Of a stretch of DNA of 64,000 bases, positions 44,481 to 51,665 are shown piece by piece. Source of the stretch: Elusimicrobiota bacterium (GTDB lineage: Bacteria; Elusimicrobiota; Elusimicrobia; UBA1565; UBA9628); the NCBI GenBank assembly GCA_035533295.1, contig DATLUA010000054.1, forward strand, positions 5,002 to 69,001. Reading direction: 5' to 3'. The notes below the pieces were generated by a model. It was given only the letters and a program-made list of their open reading frames with translations, was not told the DNA's origin and made no database searches. The translations under genes were made by a program, and so were the position numbers. Numbering within the stretch: position 1 is the first letter of the stretch; every line of letters begins with the position of its first letter.

Positions 44481-44509
44481 TTGAATCCCGCCCCGGGATT
44501 TGGGATAAT
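44481..44509 (+). promoter_or_regulatory. Putative exbB promoter TTGAAT-17 nt-GATAAT, with the inverted repeat AATCCCG-ccc-CGGGATT in the spacer
   Basis: TTGAAT 44481-44486, GATAAT 44504-44509, ATG 44516 (6-nt gap). 7-bp inverted repeat at 44484-44500. Confidence 0.5.
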
Positions 44510-44515
44510 TCACGC

Positions 44516-45148
44516 ATGGAATTTCACGTCGGATTGAAGGAAATCATCGTCTCCGGGGGCGTGACCCTCGTATTCCTCATTTTTCTTTCCATTTATTCGC
44601 TGGCGCTCATATGGGAGCGCTGGCGCTACTTCGACACGGCCATCAAAGGGACCCAGGAGTTCCTGGAGAAAATCCGCAAGTTCATCGCCGCGCGGGATTT
44701 CTCGGAGGCCATGTCGGCGTGCCGCCGCCACCAGGGCCTGGCCCAGGGCGTGGTGATGGCGAGCCTGGCGGGCGCCAGCGCCCGGGATGAGCGCAAGCGC
44801 GGCGCCGAGCGGGCCAACGAACGGGCCGCGGCCCTCTTGCAAAAGCGCCTTTCGACCTTGGGCACCATTGCCAGCGTGGCGCCGTTCATCGGGCTCTTCG
44901 GCACGGTCGTGGGCGTCATGCGCGCTTTCCGGGACCTGGCCTCGGTCGCAGGCGCGGGGCCGGGCGTGGTCGCCATCGGCATCTCGGAAGCCCTGGTCTG
45001 CACAGCGACCGGGCTATTCGTGGCCATTCCGGCCGTCGCCGCCTACAACTATTTCAACTCGCGGACGGAGCGCTTCGCCGAGGAGATGGACTGGATTTCG
45101 GATGAAATCCTAGACAGCCTCTCGGACAAACCGCACAAGCTCTCGTGA
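44516..45148 (+). CDS. MotA/TolQ/ExbB proton-channel family protein
   Basis: ...LGTIASVAPFIGLFGTVVGVMRAF...IGISEALVCTATGLFVAIPAVAAYNYF is canonical TolQ/ExbB. I cannot tell tolQ from exbB. Confidence 0.9.
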   Translation: MEFHVGLKEIIVSGGVTLVFLIFLSIYSLALIWERWRYFDTAIKGTQEFLEKIRKFIAARDFSEAMSACRRHQGLAQGVVMASLAGASARDERKRGAERANERAAALLQKRLSTLGTIASVAPFIGLFGTVVGVMRAFRDLASVAGAGPGVVAIGISEALVCTATGLFVAIPAVAAYNYFNSRTERFAEEMDWISDEILDSLSDKPHKLS

Positions 45149-45555
45149 ACGCCGCGCGCAAGCCCGGCCGGCGGATCATCGCGGAGATGAACCTCATTCC
45201 GCTCATCGACGTGTCCCTCATCCTGGTCATCATCTTCATGGTCTTGACGCCCATGATGGTCCAGTCCGAACTGAGCGTCAAGTTGCCCAAGGCGTCCTCG
45301 GGGACTCCGGCGCCGGCCGCGACCACGATTCACGTGGAAATCGACCGCAACGGCGCGCTGATCATCGAGGGCCGGCCCGTCAACTGGGACGATTTGACGC
45401 GGGAGCTTTCCCTGCGCCTGGGCCGCTCGCGCAGCAAGACGGTCCTGGTTGAAGCGGACAAGAGCGTCGCCGTCGAGCGCGTCGTGGCCGTTCTGGACGC
45501 GGCCAAGCGCCTGGGCGTGGGCAAGATGGGCGTCGGCGTCGAGGCGCGGCCCTAG
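45145..45555 (+). CDS. ExbD/TolR biopolymer transport protein
   Basis: IAEMNLIPLIDVSLILVIIFMVLTPMM...VEADKSVAVERVVAVLDAAKRLG. 4-nt overlap with the upstream gene. Confidence 0.9.
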   Translation: MNAARKPGRRIIAEMNLIPLIDVSLILVIIFMVLTPMMVQSELSVKLPKASSGTPAPAATTIHVEIDRNGALIIEGRPVNWDDLTRELSLRLGRSRSKTVLVEADKSVAVERVVAVLDAAKRLGVGKMGVGVEARP

Positions 45556-45581
45556 ATGCCGGCAGACTTTCCTCGGACGAC

Positions 45582-48500
45582 GTGACCATCCACGATATCC
45601 TCGAAGAGTTCCGGCGGGAGGCGTCATCGAATCGGGAGCTCGGGGATAAGTTCGAGCGCCTCGTCGCCGGCTACCTAAAAACCGATCCGCTCTACCAAGC
45701 CAAGTATAGCGACATCTGGCTTTGGACCGAGTGGCCGGAGCGGAGCAAACGCCCCGATACCGGCATTGATATTGTCGCCAAGGAACGCGAGACCGGCGGA
45801 TACTGCGCCATTCAGTGCAAGTTTTTTGACCCCGCGCATAATCTCCAAAAAAGCGACATTGATTCATTCTTCACATCCTCAGGCAAGGAGCCGTTTACCA
45901 GCCGCCTGATCGTTTCAACCACGGATAATTGGAGCGCTAACGCCGAAGATGCTCTCAATAATCAACGGATTCCCGTCAGCCGCTTGCGCGTCCAGGATTT
46001 AGCCGAAAGTCCTGTTGATTGGAGCCGGTTCAGCCTCAATCGCCCCCAGTCTTTTAAGCTCAAAGAGCGGAAGAAAATCCTGCCGCACCAAGAGTCGGCT
46101 ATTAAGGATATCATCGCGGGATTTAAAACCGCCGACCGCGGCAAGCTCATCATGGCTTGCGGCACGGGCAAGACCTTCACCGCGCTTAAACTCGCCGAGC
46201 GGATGGTTCCGCTCGGCGGCCACGTTCTCTACTTGATGCCCTCGATTTCTCTGGTTTCTCAAACCTTGCGCGAATGGACGGCTGAAGCCGACAAACCGCT
46301 CCGCAGCTATATCGTGTGCTCGGATATCAAAGTCGGCAAGAAATTCGAGAGCGAGGATATCAGCGTCCACGATCTGGCTTTCCCGGCGACCACGAATGCC
46401 GCTAAACTGGCGAATCAGGTAAAAGCTTTCGCCGACAAAAAGCGCCTGGCCGTCATTTTCTCGACTTATCAATCCATCAAGGTTGTTTCAGAAGCCCAAG
46501 CCAAGGGAGCGCCCGCATTCGATCTCATCATCTGCGATGAGGCCCACCGCACCACCGGCGTCACGCTTGAAGGAGAAGACGAGTCCCATTTTGTCCGCGT
46601 TCACAGCCAAGATTTCATCAAGGCTAAAAAGCGCCTCTACATGACCGCCACCCCGCGCATCTATGGCGATGGGGCCAAGACCCAAGCGAAGGAAAAAGAC
46701 GCTCTTCTCTGCTCGATGGATGACGCGGAGCTCTACGGCCCCGAATTTCACCGCTTGGGATTTTCGGAGTCCGTAAGGAATGATTTGCTCTCTGACTACA
46801 AGGTCATGGTCCTCGCGGTGGATGAGAAATTCGTCAGCAGGACATTTCAAAGCCAATTAGCAGATAAGAACAATGAAATCAACCTTGAGGACGCGGTCAA
46901 AATCACGGGCTGTTGGAACGGCCTTTCCAAGCGCATGGCCAAGGACCCCACGGGCTACATCGCGGATGATATTACGGTGCCGATGCGCCGCGCGGTCGCG
47001 TTTTCGCGCTCTATTAGGGATTCAAAACGAATCAAGGATTTATTCGCCGCCGTCATTGAGCAATATCGAAAGATGGAGACAAGCGATGACGGCATGTTGT
47101 CGTGCGAGGTAGAGCACGTTGATGGCACCTTCAACGCTCTCAAGCGCAATGAGAAGCTCGATTGGCTAAAGGCCGATCTCGATCCGGAGAATAACGTTTG
47201 CCGCATTCTTTCCAATGCACGCTGCCTGTCCGAAGGCGTGGACGTGCCCGCGCTGGACGCGGTTTTATTCTTGAATCCGCGCAATTCCGTGGTCGACGTG
47301 GTGCAGTCCGTCGGGCGCGTGATGCGCAAGGCTCCCGGCAAAAAGTACGGCTACATTATCTTGCCGGTCGGCATACCGGCGGACGTGCCGCCCGAGGAAG
47401 CTCTTAAGGACAATCAGAGATACAAGGTGGTCTGGCAGGTTCTGCAAGCTCTGCGGGCCCATGATGATCGCTTTAGCGCGACCATCAATAAAATCGACCT
47501 CAATAAAACGCGGCCCGACCAAATACAAATCATCGGCATCGGCGGCGGAGCCAAAGGAGACGGTTCTGGAACCAGCGATGTGAAACCCGCCCAACTTGTC
47601 TTTAATTTCCCACAAATCGAGGAGTGGCGCAACGCGATTTACGCCAAAATCGTTTTAAAGTGCGGTGAGCGCCAATACTGGGAGAAATGGGCGCAGGACG
47701 TGGCGCAAATCGCGGAGCGGCACGTCACGCGCATCAAGGCTCTTTTGGATGGACCTAAAAATAAGAAACATCGCGAGGCTTTCGCCGGGTTCCTCAAGGG
47801 TTTACAGAAAAACCTCAACCCAAGCATTGACGAGTCCGCCGCCGTTGAAATGCTCTCCCAGCATCTGATCACCAGGCCCGTGTTCGACGCCTTATTTGAA
47901 GGTTACGAGTTTACCAAGCACAACCCGGTCTCTCTTTCCATGCAGAAGATGCTGGATTTGCTGGAGGATCAGGCGCTGGGAAAAGAAACCGCGGGCTTGG
48001 AAAAATTCTACGCCAGCGTCAAGGAACGCGCCAGCGGCGTTGACACTCAGGAAGGCAGGCAGCGCATCGTTATCGAGCTCTACGAAAAATTTTTCCAAGC
48101 GGCATTCCCGCGCATGAAGGAACGTCTTGGCATCGTTTACACGCCGGTTGAAGTTGTAGATTTCATCATCCATAGCGTGAACGACGCCCTGCGCCAGGAG
48201 TTCAACGTAAGTTTAAGCGATCAAGACGTTCATATCCTCGACCCCTTCACCGGCACGGGAACATTCATGGTCCGCCTGCTTCAAAGCGGACTAATCTCTT
48301 CCAAAGATTTGACGCGAAAATACGAGAGCGAGCTTCATGCCAATGAAATCGTCCTCCTGGCCTACTATATCGCGGCCATCAACATCGAGGAAGCCTACCA
48401 TAGCATCACACAGGAGAAATATCAGTCTTTTGAAGGCATCGTCCTGACCGATACCTTCCAACTGACAGAGGCCGGCGGGCCGCAAACGGAAACGACGTTC

Positions 48501-50342
48501 CAAGAGAATAATAAACGCGTTTCACGCCAGAACAAGACCGACATCCGTGTCATCATCGGCAATCCGCCGTATTCAGCCGGGCAGACCAGCGAGAACGACG
48601 CGAACAAGAATTTTAAATACCCGACCCTGGATACTCGAATTGAAACCACCTACGCGGCGAGTTCTTCGGCGGGCCTCAAAAAAACTCTTTACGATTCTTA
48701 TATTCGCTCAATCCGCTGGGCCAGCGACCGCATCAAGGACACGGGCATTATTTGCTTCGTAAGCAACGGTTCTTTTATCGACGGCAACGCCGCTGACGGC
48801 CTCCGCAAATGCTTGGCGGATGAGTTTTCCTCCATCTACTGCTTTAATTTACGTGGCAATCAGAGGACATCAGGCGAGATTTCTCGCATGGAAGGCGGCA
48901 AAATTTTTGGGTCAGGCAGTAGAGCAAGTATTGCCATCACCTTGCTTATCAAGAACCCCAAGAAGGATAAGTGCCGACTTTACTATCACGACATCGGCGA
49001 TTACTTGAGCCGCGAGGAAAAGCTGAAAATAATCCGGGACTTTCGAAGCTTCAAACAAGTTTCCTGGAAAGCCATCACCCCCAATAAAAGCCATGATTGG
49101 ATCAACCAGCGCGATCCGGCTTTCGAAAGATTTATCCCCATGGGTGATAAAGCGAAAGAAGAAAAGCAAATACCTCTTTGGTCGCTTTATTCGCTGGGGG
49201 TGGTCACCAACCGCGATGCCTGGGCATACAGCTTTTCCAAGAAGAATTTGACCGCGAATATGCGCCGGATGATTGATTTCTATAATCAGCAGGCTACCGG
49301 TTATAAGAAAGCGATCTCCAAGGGCAAAGCCGTTAAAGTTGAAGATTTCATTGATAATGATTCCAAAAAAATCAGTTGGACACGAAGCCTAAAAAACGAT
49401 CTTTCTAAAGGCAAGCAATACGAGTTTAACGCAGACTCGATAGTTCAAGGGATGTATCGCCCCTATTGCAAACAATGGATTTATTTCAATAGACGTTTTA
49501 ATGAAATGGTTTATCTGATGCCCAGCATTTTTCCAAATGAGTCGCTTCAGAATTTAGTTATCACAGCCAGTGGTATTGGCGCCAGCAAGGGCTTCTCTGC
49601 GCTGATGACGGATGCCGTTCCCAACCTGGACTTGCATGATAAGTGCCAATGCTTTCCGCTGTTCTCATACGAAAAATCCGAGGATTTGGGCGAACTCTTC
49701 GCGGCGCATGCAAAATCCAATGGATACTTCAAGAAGGACGCTATCAACGATGATATCCTGACGCTATTCGGGAAAACTTACGACGGCAAGATCATCAAGG
49801 AAGACATTTTCTACTACGTCTACGGCATCCTGCATTCGCCGGAATATAAACGGCGTTTTGAGTCTGACCTTAAGAAAATGCTGCCGCGCATTCCGCTGGC
49901 AAAGGATTTCTGGGCCTTCAGCAAAGCCGGCCGCGCTTTGGCCCAGTGGCACCTGAATTATGAAACCGTCGAGCCCTATCCGCTCAAAGAATCCGATGAC
50001 GCGCTCCGCCTTGAGCCGAAGAGACACTACCGGGTCGAAAAAATGCGCTTCGCCAAGCAAGGCAAGGACGAAGACAAAACCGCCATCATCTACAACAGCC
50101 ATCTGACCCTTGAGGGCATTCCGCTTGAAGCCTGCGAGTATGTCGTCAACGGCAAGCCCGCGCTTGAATGGATTATGGAACGCTACCAAGTCACCACGGA
50201 TAAGGACAGCGGCATCGTCAATGACCCAAATGACTGGTCGGACGATCCGCGATACATCTTAGATTTGGTCAAGCGCATCGTCCGCGTAAGCCTGGAAACG
50301 ATGAAGATTGTTAAGAGCCTGCCGGTGATTTCGGAACTTTGA
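45582..50342 (+). CDS. Type ISP restriction-modification enzyme (single polypeptide: Mrr-like nuclease, SF2 helicase-like ATPase, N6-adenine gamma-MTase, TRD)
   Basis: 1586 aa. N-terminal PD-(D/E)xK (PDTGIDIVAKERETGGYCAIQCKFF). Walker A ACGTGKTF (46161-46175 = GTGKT), DEAH (46536-46547), motif VI QSVGRVMRK. MTase motif I DPFTGTGTF (48240-48266) and motif IV NPPY (48561-48572). Long C-terminal TRD. Same order and size as LlaGI/LlaBIII-type enzymes (about 1570-1580 aa as I recall). Confidence 0.9.
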   Translation: MTIHDILEEFRREASSNRELGDKFERLVAGYLKTDPLYQAKYSDIWLWTEWPERSKRPDTGIDIVAKERETGGYCAIQCKFFDPAHNLQKSDIDSFFTSSGKEPFTSRLIVSTTDNWSANAEDALNNQRIPVSRLRVQDLAESPVDWSRFSLNRPQSFKLKERKKILPHQESAIKDIIAGFKTADRGKLIMACGTGKTFTALKLAERMVPLGGHVLYLMPSISLVSQTLREWTAEADKPLRSYIVCSDIKVGKKFESEDISVHDLAFPATTNAAKLANQVKAFADKKRLAVIFSTYQSIKVVSEAQAKGAPAFDLIICDEAHRTTGVTLEGEDESHFVRVHSQDFIKAKKRLYMTATPRIYGDGAKTQAKEKDALLCSMDDAELYGPEFHRLGFSESVRNDLLSDYKVMVLAVDEKFVSRTFQSQLADKNNEINLEDAVKITGCWNGLSKRMAKDPTGYIADDITVPMRRAVAFSRSIRDSKRIKDLFAAVIEQYRKMETSDDGMLSCEVEHVDGTFNALKRNEKLDWLKADLDPENNVCRILSNARCLSEGVDVPALDAVLFLNPRNSVVDVVQSVGRVMRKAPGKKYGYIILPVGIPADVPPEEALKDNQRYKVVWQVLQALRAHDDRFSATINKIDLNKTRPDQIQIIGIGGGAKGDGSGTSDVKPAQLVFNFPQIEEWRNAIYAKIVLKCGERQYWEKWAQDVAQIAERHVTRIKALLDGPKNKKHREAFAGFLKGLQKNLNPSIDESAAVEMLSQHLITRPVFDALFEGYEFTKHNPVSLSMQKMLDLLEDQALGKETAGLEKFYASVKERASGVDTQEGRQRIVIELYEKFFQAAFPRMKERLGIVYTPVEVVDFIIHSVNDALRQEFNVSLSDQDVHILDPFTGTGTFMVRLLQSGLISSKDLTRKYESELHANEIVLLAYYIAAINIEEAYHSITQEKYQSFEGIVLTDTFQLTEAGGPQTETTFQENNKRVSRQNKTDIRVIIGNPPYSAGQTSENDANKNFKYPTLDTRIETTYAASSSAGLKKTLYDSYIRSIRWASDRIKDTGIICFVSNGSFIDGNAADGLRKCLADEFSSIYCFNLRGNQRTSGEISRMEGGKIFGSGSRASIAITLLIKNPKKDKCRLYYHDIGDYLSREEKLKIIRDFRSFKQVSWKAITPNKSHDWINQRDPAFERFIPMGDKAKEEKQIPLWSLYSLGVVTNRDAWAYSFSKKNLTANMRRMIDFYNQQATGYKKAISKGKAVKVEDFIDNDSKKISWTRSLKNDLSKGKQYEFNADSIVQGMYRPYCKQWIYFNRRFNEMVYLMPSIFPNESLQNLVITASGIGASKGFSALMTDAVPNLDLHDKCQCFPLFSYEKSEDLGELFAAHAKSNGYFKKDAINDDILTLFGKTYDGKIIKEDIFYYVYGILHSPEYKRRFESDLKKMLPRIPLAKDFWAFSKAGRALAQWHLNYETVEPYPLKESDDALRLEPKRHYRVEKMRFAKQGKDEDKTAIIYNSHLTLEGIPLEACEYVVNGKPALEWIMERYQVTTDKDSGIVNDPNDWSDDPRYILDLVKRIVRVSLETMKIVKSLPVISEL

Positions 50343-50344
50343 TT

Positions 50345-51154
50345 ATGAACGGCTATATCGGATATTTCGATATTTTAGGCTACAGAAGTTTTCTTGAAAA
50401 CAACCCTCAAGAAGGCGTTCAAAAGCGCGTTCTTGGACTAATTGCGGATGTGAAAAAATCGCTGCCCGAAGCGATGAAAAAATATCGCTCCAAACTTTCT
50501 GAAGCCGCCGAGGAAATTATTGGCAAGACGAACTGGCTTGTTTTTTCGGACACGATTGTTTTTGCCATAGAAGAGCCTGACAACAAGAAGGATGAATTGC
50601 TCTATTTCCCGATCGCGATAATCACGGCTGGAGATTTGATGACGCGCATGTTTAATGACGGCCTGCCTCTGCGCGGCGCGCTTCATCATGGGCAATATAA
50701 TTTTCTTGAAAACAGCATGGCTGGAACAGGAGTGGTCCAAAGCATTAACGCGGGAAAAGATTTGGATTTGTCCGCCTGCGTTTTAACGGAGGAATTGGCG
50801 AAAAGAGCAGGAGAGCTAATTGAAGCAACCCAGCCTGATGAAGCCGACCGTAATTTCTGGGATCAAATATTATGCGACTACAGCGTGCCGATCTCCGGAG
50901 ATAAATGGGCTAAGCGGAAATGCCTGATGTGGTTTGACCTGAATCATATCGAAAACCTGAGAGGGGACGGAATCATGCAAGCGCTCAGCCGCCTCGACTA
51001 CCGTCAATATGTTCTGCTTTCTTTTTGGGCGCACAACAAAGGCATCTCCGATACTAAAACCGTGCGGAAGCTTGATGAAACCGAAAGATTCATTCGCTAT
51101 TGCGTTTTTAGGCGCGATGAAAATCAGCGAGCAAATCACCGAAGTAAGCCTTGA
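50345..51154 (+). CDS. Uncharacterised protein; N-terminal ~165 aa resemble a class III nucleotidyl-cyclase homology domain (palm fold), C-terminal ~100 aa unknown
   Basis: ATG 2 nt after the ISP stop. MNGYIGYFDILGYRSF (compare F-x-D-I-x-G-F-T), NWLVFSDTIVFAI (compare G-D-x-h-h-h-h-F), GLPLRGALHHGQYNF (compare h-R-h-G-h-H-x-G), GTGVVQSINAGKDLDLSACVLTEEL (compare G-x-x-V-N-x-A-x-R...hhhs). The spacing of these blocks fits a CHD. The Arg of the N-x-x-x-R pair is not obvious. Confidence 0.6.
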   Translation: MNGYIGYFDILGYRSFLENNPQEGVQKRVLGLIADVKKSLPEAMKKYRSKLSEAAEEIIGKTNWLVFSDTIVFAIEEPDNKKDELLYFPIAIITAGDLMTRMFNDGLPLRGALHHGQYNFLENSMAGTGVVQSINAGKDLDLSACVLTEELAKRAGELIEATQPDEADRNFWDQILCDYSVPISGDKWAKRKCLMWFDLNHIENLRGDGIMQALSRLDYRQYVLLSFWAHNKGISDTKTVRKLDETERFIRYCVFRRDENQRANHRSKP

Positions 51155-51197
51155 GACCATGAAAATCGTCAAGAGCGCGAAAAAGCAAAACTCATGA
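51117..51197 (+). pseudogene. Remnant of the 3' end of a second, diverged Type ISP gene
   Basis: MKISEQITEVSLETMKIVKSAKKQNS* versus the intact gene end ...LVKRIVRVSLETMKIVKSLPVISEL*. Nucleotides 51144-51176 versus 50286-50318 are 27/33 identical, and all six differences fall in third codon positions. It overlaps the last 38 nt of the cyclase-like ORF in another frame. Confidence 0.5.
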
Positions 51198-51385
51198 GCA
51201 CCGCGGTCAAATCGGTCAACGACATGCACAAAAAGGTCAACGTCGAATGCGAACGGATTCTAGAATCCCTGCGCGATTACTGGAAGACCGAAGCGAAAGT
51301 CCATCATGGAATCACGGCCTCTTTGGGGAACGAGTCCACGAAGCCGCTTCCGGCAATCGAATTCGAGAAGGATGGCGGACGATGA
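51194..51385 (+). CDS. Small hypothetical protein (63 aa)
   Basis: ATG overlaps the remnant TGA (ATGA at 51194-51197). Fairly high third-position GC. MSTAVKSVNDMHKKVNVECERILESLRDYWKTEAKVHHG... No family recognised. Confidence 0.4.
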   Translation: MSTAVKSVNDMHKKVNVECERILESLRDYWKTEAKVHHGITASLGNESTKPLPAIEFEKDGGR

Positions 51386-51422
51386 TGAAGGTCGGCTCAT
51401 TGCTGGAAAATAAAAACGAAAA

Positions 51423-51440
51423 GCCCCGGTTTCCCGGGGC
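51423..51440. terminator. GC hairpin GCCCCGG-tttc-CCGGGGC; the U-tract is only on the minus-strand side
   Basis: Stem 51423-51429 / 51434-51440. The plus strand continues ttgggc (weak). The minus strand continues ttttcgtttttatttt (strong intrinsic-terminator tail). Lies 38 nt after the 63-aa ORF stop. Confidence 0.5.
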
Positions 51441-51504
51441 TTGGGCAACTCGCATCCGTCCGCCGGAGGCTAGTGTGTCAGCAGACGGCATTTTTGTCAA
51501 TAAG

Positions 51505-51640
51505 CCCTATCAACCCCCTATCAACCCTCGGGCTAAGGCTTGCCCCAGGGCTAGCCACCCCCTAGCCACCTGGCTATCCAGACCTAGCCACCCCCTAGCC
51601 ACCCCCCGTATACCTAGGCCTGCCTATCTGCCTATCTGCC
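51505..51640. repeat. Cluster of short direct repeats rich in CTAG/CTAT
   Basis: CCCTATCAACC x2 in tandem (51505-51526). CTAGCCACCCCCTAGCCACC x2 (51551-51570 and 51584-51603), i.e. 4 copies of CTAGCCACC plus degenerate copies (ggctatcca, ggctaagg). GCCTATCT x2.4 in tandem (51622-51640). Confidence 0.85.
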
Positions 51641-51665
51641 GCCGGCTTTTTATCTGGATAAAGCT

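Noticed and set aside
51551-51615. G-quadruplex (minus strand) / i-motif (plus strand) from the C5/G5 runs in the CTAGCCACC repeats
   Set aside because: Runs of three or more G exist, but the intervening loops are 6, 28 and 11 nt, which is too long for a canonical G4. This is not claimed.
51505-51640. CRISPR array
   Set aside because: Repeat units are 8-20 bp, with no 25-40 bp unique spacers. There are only 2-4 copies, three different unit types and no cas genes.
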